Of a DNA stretch of 64,000 nt, positions 62,067-64,000 are shown in pieces (position 1 is the stretch's first letter; every line of letters begins with the position of its first letter). Under the pieces are notes generated by a model. It did no database searches. It was not told the origin of the DNA and was given only the letters and a program-made list of their open reading frames with translations. The DNA comes from Candidatus Marinacidobacterales bacterium. GTDB lineage: Bacteria > Acidobacteriota > Vicinamibacteria > Marinacidobacterales > DATDRI01. The DNA lies in NCBI GenBank assembly GCA_965219415.1, contig CBDCNP010000002.1, forward strand, positions 5,056,001 through 5,120,000, read 5' to 3'. Both the position numbers and the translations under genes were made by a program.

Positions 62067-62373
62067 TGTGCCTTCTATTTATTCATCCGGGCGCCCCGAA
62101 CTTGATTAGTCTCCGGTCTGTCGGCACCATACCTGCTTGATTTCGTCGTTTGTTCGCGCTCTCATCTCCGCCTTCAAGGCTCATCGCGAGCTGGCTCTCG
62201 ACAATGTCGCTCTTCGGCAGCAGTTCGCCGTCCTCTGCCGTCCGGTGAAACGGCCGCGGCTCTCGAAGGTCGACCGCGGGTTGGGTAACTGTAAAGCTTG
62301 GGGGCCCTTGGCCCAGTCGCTAAGTTGCTGATTTATGGCCTATTTCAAAAGGGCCGAGTTTTGGCACAGGACG
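62067..62373 (+). mobile_element. Hybrid B/A-ended MITE
   Basis: B end, decayed rve N-terminus (ISSFVRALISAFKAHRELAL), then A end. Confidence 0.85.
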
Positions 62374-62604
62374 GGCGACGCTCGTACGGAGTACGGGACT
62401 GACTCGCTCACTCTCGCTCTGAGCGAACGCAACTGCAACACAGAGTAGAGAGGGGATGCCGGATAAAACGAAGGTTCTCAAGCGTCACCAAGCGTTTAGC
62501 ATTTGCTCGAAGCCTCGCCGCTGGACTTGCCGACGATGGTCGTTCCCCAAGAGAAAGACCATCATCGACTTGGCGGCGTCCGCCGCGAGTTCGAAGCCGA
62601 TATC

Positions 62605-63084
62605 TCAGTCGTATCGATGCCGTCCCGTCATGGCCCTGCCAACCAGACTCCAGTTCGCGATCGCCGATTCTCCAGCAGACGAACCAGTATGTGGGAATTC
62701 CGCGTGTCTGTTAAGCAACAGCACGTCAATCAGGTACGAAATCAACCGCGCGTCCCTGTCGTCATCCGTTCCCTCGTACTGCCGACGGTCTCGATTCACG
62801 TCCGCCTGAATCATCCTCCAGGTGCCCCCGTCTGCGGCGAAACGTACGACGTAAATGCAGAATCCGGTCCAACTCCGATGGAAGAACAACGCGTCATCCT
62901 TCCAGTAGATGAACCACTTGTCTTCCATGACCTCGGGTATCACTCCCTGGCGGATATGGTCCATTTCCTCCCGGGAGAACACTCGATCGAGCGTGACGGA
63001 CGCTCTACGCGCAGGCAGATCTATGGTCTTCCATGCGTTCGGGACCGCTGTTCTGACGTGCGTCCTCTTTTCGCTCCTTTCCAT
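62605..63084 (-). CDS. Conserved hypothetical protein
   Basis: 159-aa ORF with GVIPEVMEDKWFIY..FFHRSWTG motif. Confidence 0.65.
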   Translation of the reverse strand: MERSEKRTHVRTAVPNAWKTIDLPARRASVTLDRVFSREEMDHIRQGVIPEVMEDKWFIYWKDDALFFHRSWTGFCIYVVRFAADGGTWRMIQADVNRDRRQYEGTDDDRDARLISYLIDVLLLNRHAEFPHTGSSAGESAIANWSLVGRAMTGRHRYD

Positions 63085-63141
63085 CCCGTGTCGAGTTTAC
63101 CCGTCCCGGGACGTTCCGGTCCAGAGCCGCTACACCTACGC

Positions 63142-63478
63142 TGGGCTTGATCCGGTTTCGTGGACGGTTTAGTTAAGCTGGCGAAGTCATCATCCGTCGT
63201 TCAAACTCGGCCGGACTGACCTGGCCGAGGGTCGAGTGTCGTCGTCTCTGGTTGTAGAATACCTCGATGAAGTCGAAGAGGGCCATCTTGGCCTCGCCGC
63301 AACTGAGGAAGTGCTCCCCAAGCTCGTGCTTGACCGTGGAGAACCAGCTCTCGATGACGGCGTTGTCGTAGCAGTGCCGCGGCTTTTTTTAACACATCGC
63401 GCTCCACCCGCAACCGCCGGTTCTCTTTGCGGAGCCGCCGCAGCTCCTCGCGTTCCTCGCTCGTCAAGCTCGTCCGGC
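63142..63478 (-). mobile_element. Internally deleted copy of the IS3 element
   Basis: Matches about 12080-12310, then jumps into orfA; cut at the B terminus at 63479. Confidence 0.8.
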
Positions 63479-63680
63479 TGTGCCTTCTATTTATTCATCC
63501 GGGCGCCGGAAACGATTTGGTTGAAACCGGCTCCACTACGCCGGCTTCAACCAGCTCTTGTCAGCACCGAATGACTGAGATACAACGTGGTACTAACCTG
63601 GGGTCAGGTCAAACTCTAGCACGCGGCGAGTTACGCGGCGGCCGCCGACACTTGATTGCGGAAGCAACCCGAGCGCCAGC

Positions 63681-64000
63681 TTACTTGGGTTCGGCTGCGT
63701 ACAACTCCTTGTTATCTGCGCAGTGCTTCCGGACTTCATTCATCCATCGATCGTACCAGTACCAGGTGCGAGCGACTAGCACGCCATAGCCTTTGCCAGG
63801 GTTCTTTCCGTCCAGTTCCTTCCAAAGCTGGGTGTGGTGATGCATGCTAAAGTAAGAGTACCCTTCTTCACGCATCAAGGTGACGATTTCGCCCGGCAGG
63901 TGCTTCGGGCGCTCGACCTCCTTCAACAGCACTTGCTGGTACTTGTCGTTGATTGCCTTTCCTAGATCGGAGTTGAGCGGCACAAACTGGATTACCTCAT
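63681..64000 (-). CDS. DUF3644-like protein C-terminus (5'-partial)
   Basis: VLLKEVERPKHLP..FSMHHHTQLWK..KNPGKGYG..WYWY. Confidence 0.55.
   Translation of the reverse strand, partial: EVIQFVPLNSDLGKAINDKYQQVLLKEVERPKHLPGEIVTLMREEGYSYFSMHHHTQLWKELDGKNPGKGYGVLVARTWYWYDRWMNEVRKHCADNKELYAAEPK

Larger units (their letters stand above)
14585..62373. repeat. Terminus family A (..CTAAGCTGCTGATTTRTGGNCTATTTCAAAAGGGCCGAGTTTTGGCACAGGACG), about 24 copies
   Basis: Ends on + at 14606, 14882, 15632, 15931, 15974 (10-nt stub), 25881, 27518 (divergent), 33003, 34836, 36629, 36742, 37544, 40647, 47525, 51005, 53360, 57891, 59205, 62373; starts on - at 16085, 19466, 40424, 53044, 53417. It forms the ~100-bp inverted end of the rve transposase type seen at 58011-59077. 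Confidence 0.9.
15941..63669. repeat. IS1-like terminal inverted repeat GGTGCTTCCGCCAT(C/T)AAGTGTTG, about 18 copies
   Basis: Copies near 15964, 16220, 17908, 19502, 32766, 32931, 38268, 38298, 39231, 39395, 49218, 49436, 53259, 53978, 54143, 56166, 57854, 63669; one directly follows the IS1-like transposase stop at 38245. Confidence 0.88.
10857..64000. mobile_element. Large mosaic genomic island / transposon-end cluster (right end outside the window)
   Basis: Abrupt switch after the tRNA from intact housekeeping operons to dense IS remnants, repeated termini, defence genes and unrelated cargo. Confidence 0.85.

Noticed and set aside
14585-62373. A repeats as a CRISPR array
   Set aside because: Spacing is irregular (tens of bp to kb), both orientations occur, there are no cas genes, and the repeat is the inverted end of an rve transposase element.
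14585-62373. Integron with attC cassettes
   Set aside because: No tyrosine integrase is present, there is no RYYYAAC..GTTRRRY palindromic attC structure, and cargo is often truncated mid-gene.

Overview
Positions 1-10.7 kb are ordinary GC-rich chromosome: a GWxTD protein, a thioesterase, a TPR protein, DUF4388, an MBL hydrolase, an MFS transporter, hemE-hemH-hemY and tRNA-Gln(CTG). The GWxTD/TPR content hints at an Acidobacteriota-like host, which is a weak inference. From about 10,857 to the end of the window lies a >53 kb accessory island built largely from transposon ENDS rather than whole transposons. I count about 24 copies of one IS481/rve-type terminus (..GGGCCGAGTTTTGGCACAGGACG), about 25 copies of six related termini, and about 18 copies of an IS1-like inverted repeat (GGTGCTTCCGCCATCAAGTGTTG). 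These form nested stacks and hybrid-ended MITEs that border unrelated cargo, often cut exactly at the terminus. Cargo includes pyk, an M20 peptidase, a radical SAM protein, an MmeI-type R-M gene, an HsdM-S fusion, an IrrE-like peptidase plus TM and MBL genes, a TolB-like protein and gene fragments. Four near-identical IS110/IS1111 copies all sit at the same TG core inside the IS1-like repeat. Their 3' non-coding region shows target-guide and donor-guide loops matching that site and the predicted circle junction, i.e. a bridge/seek RNA apparently programmed against another transposon's end. A serine recombinase-DUF2924 unit occurs twice, and its att-like boundary marks the left edge of the island. 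All family calls come from motif recognition by eye, with no database searches, and copy counts are manual.
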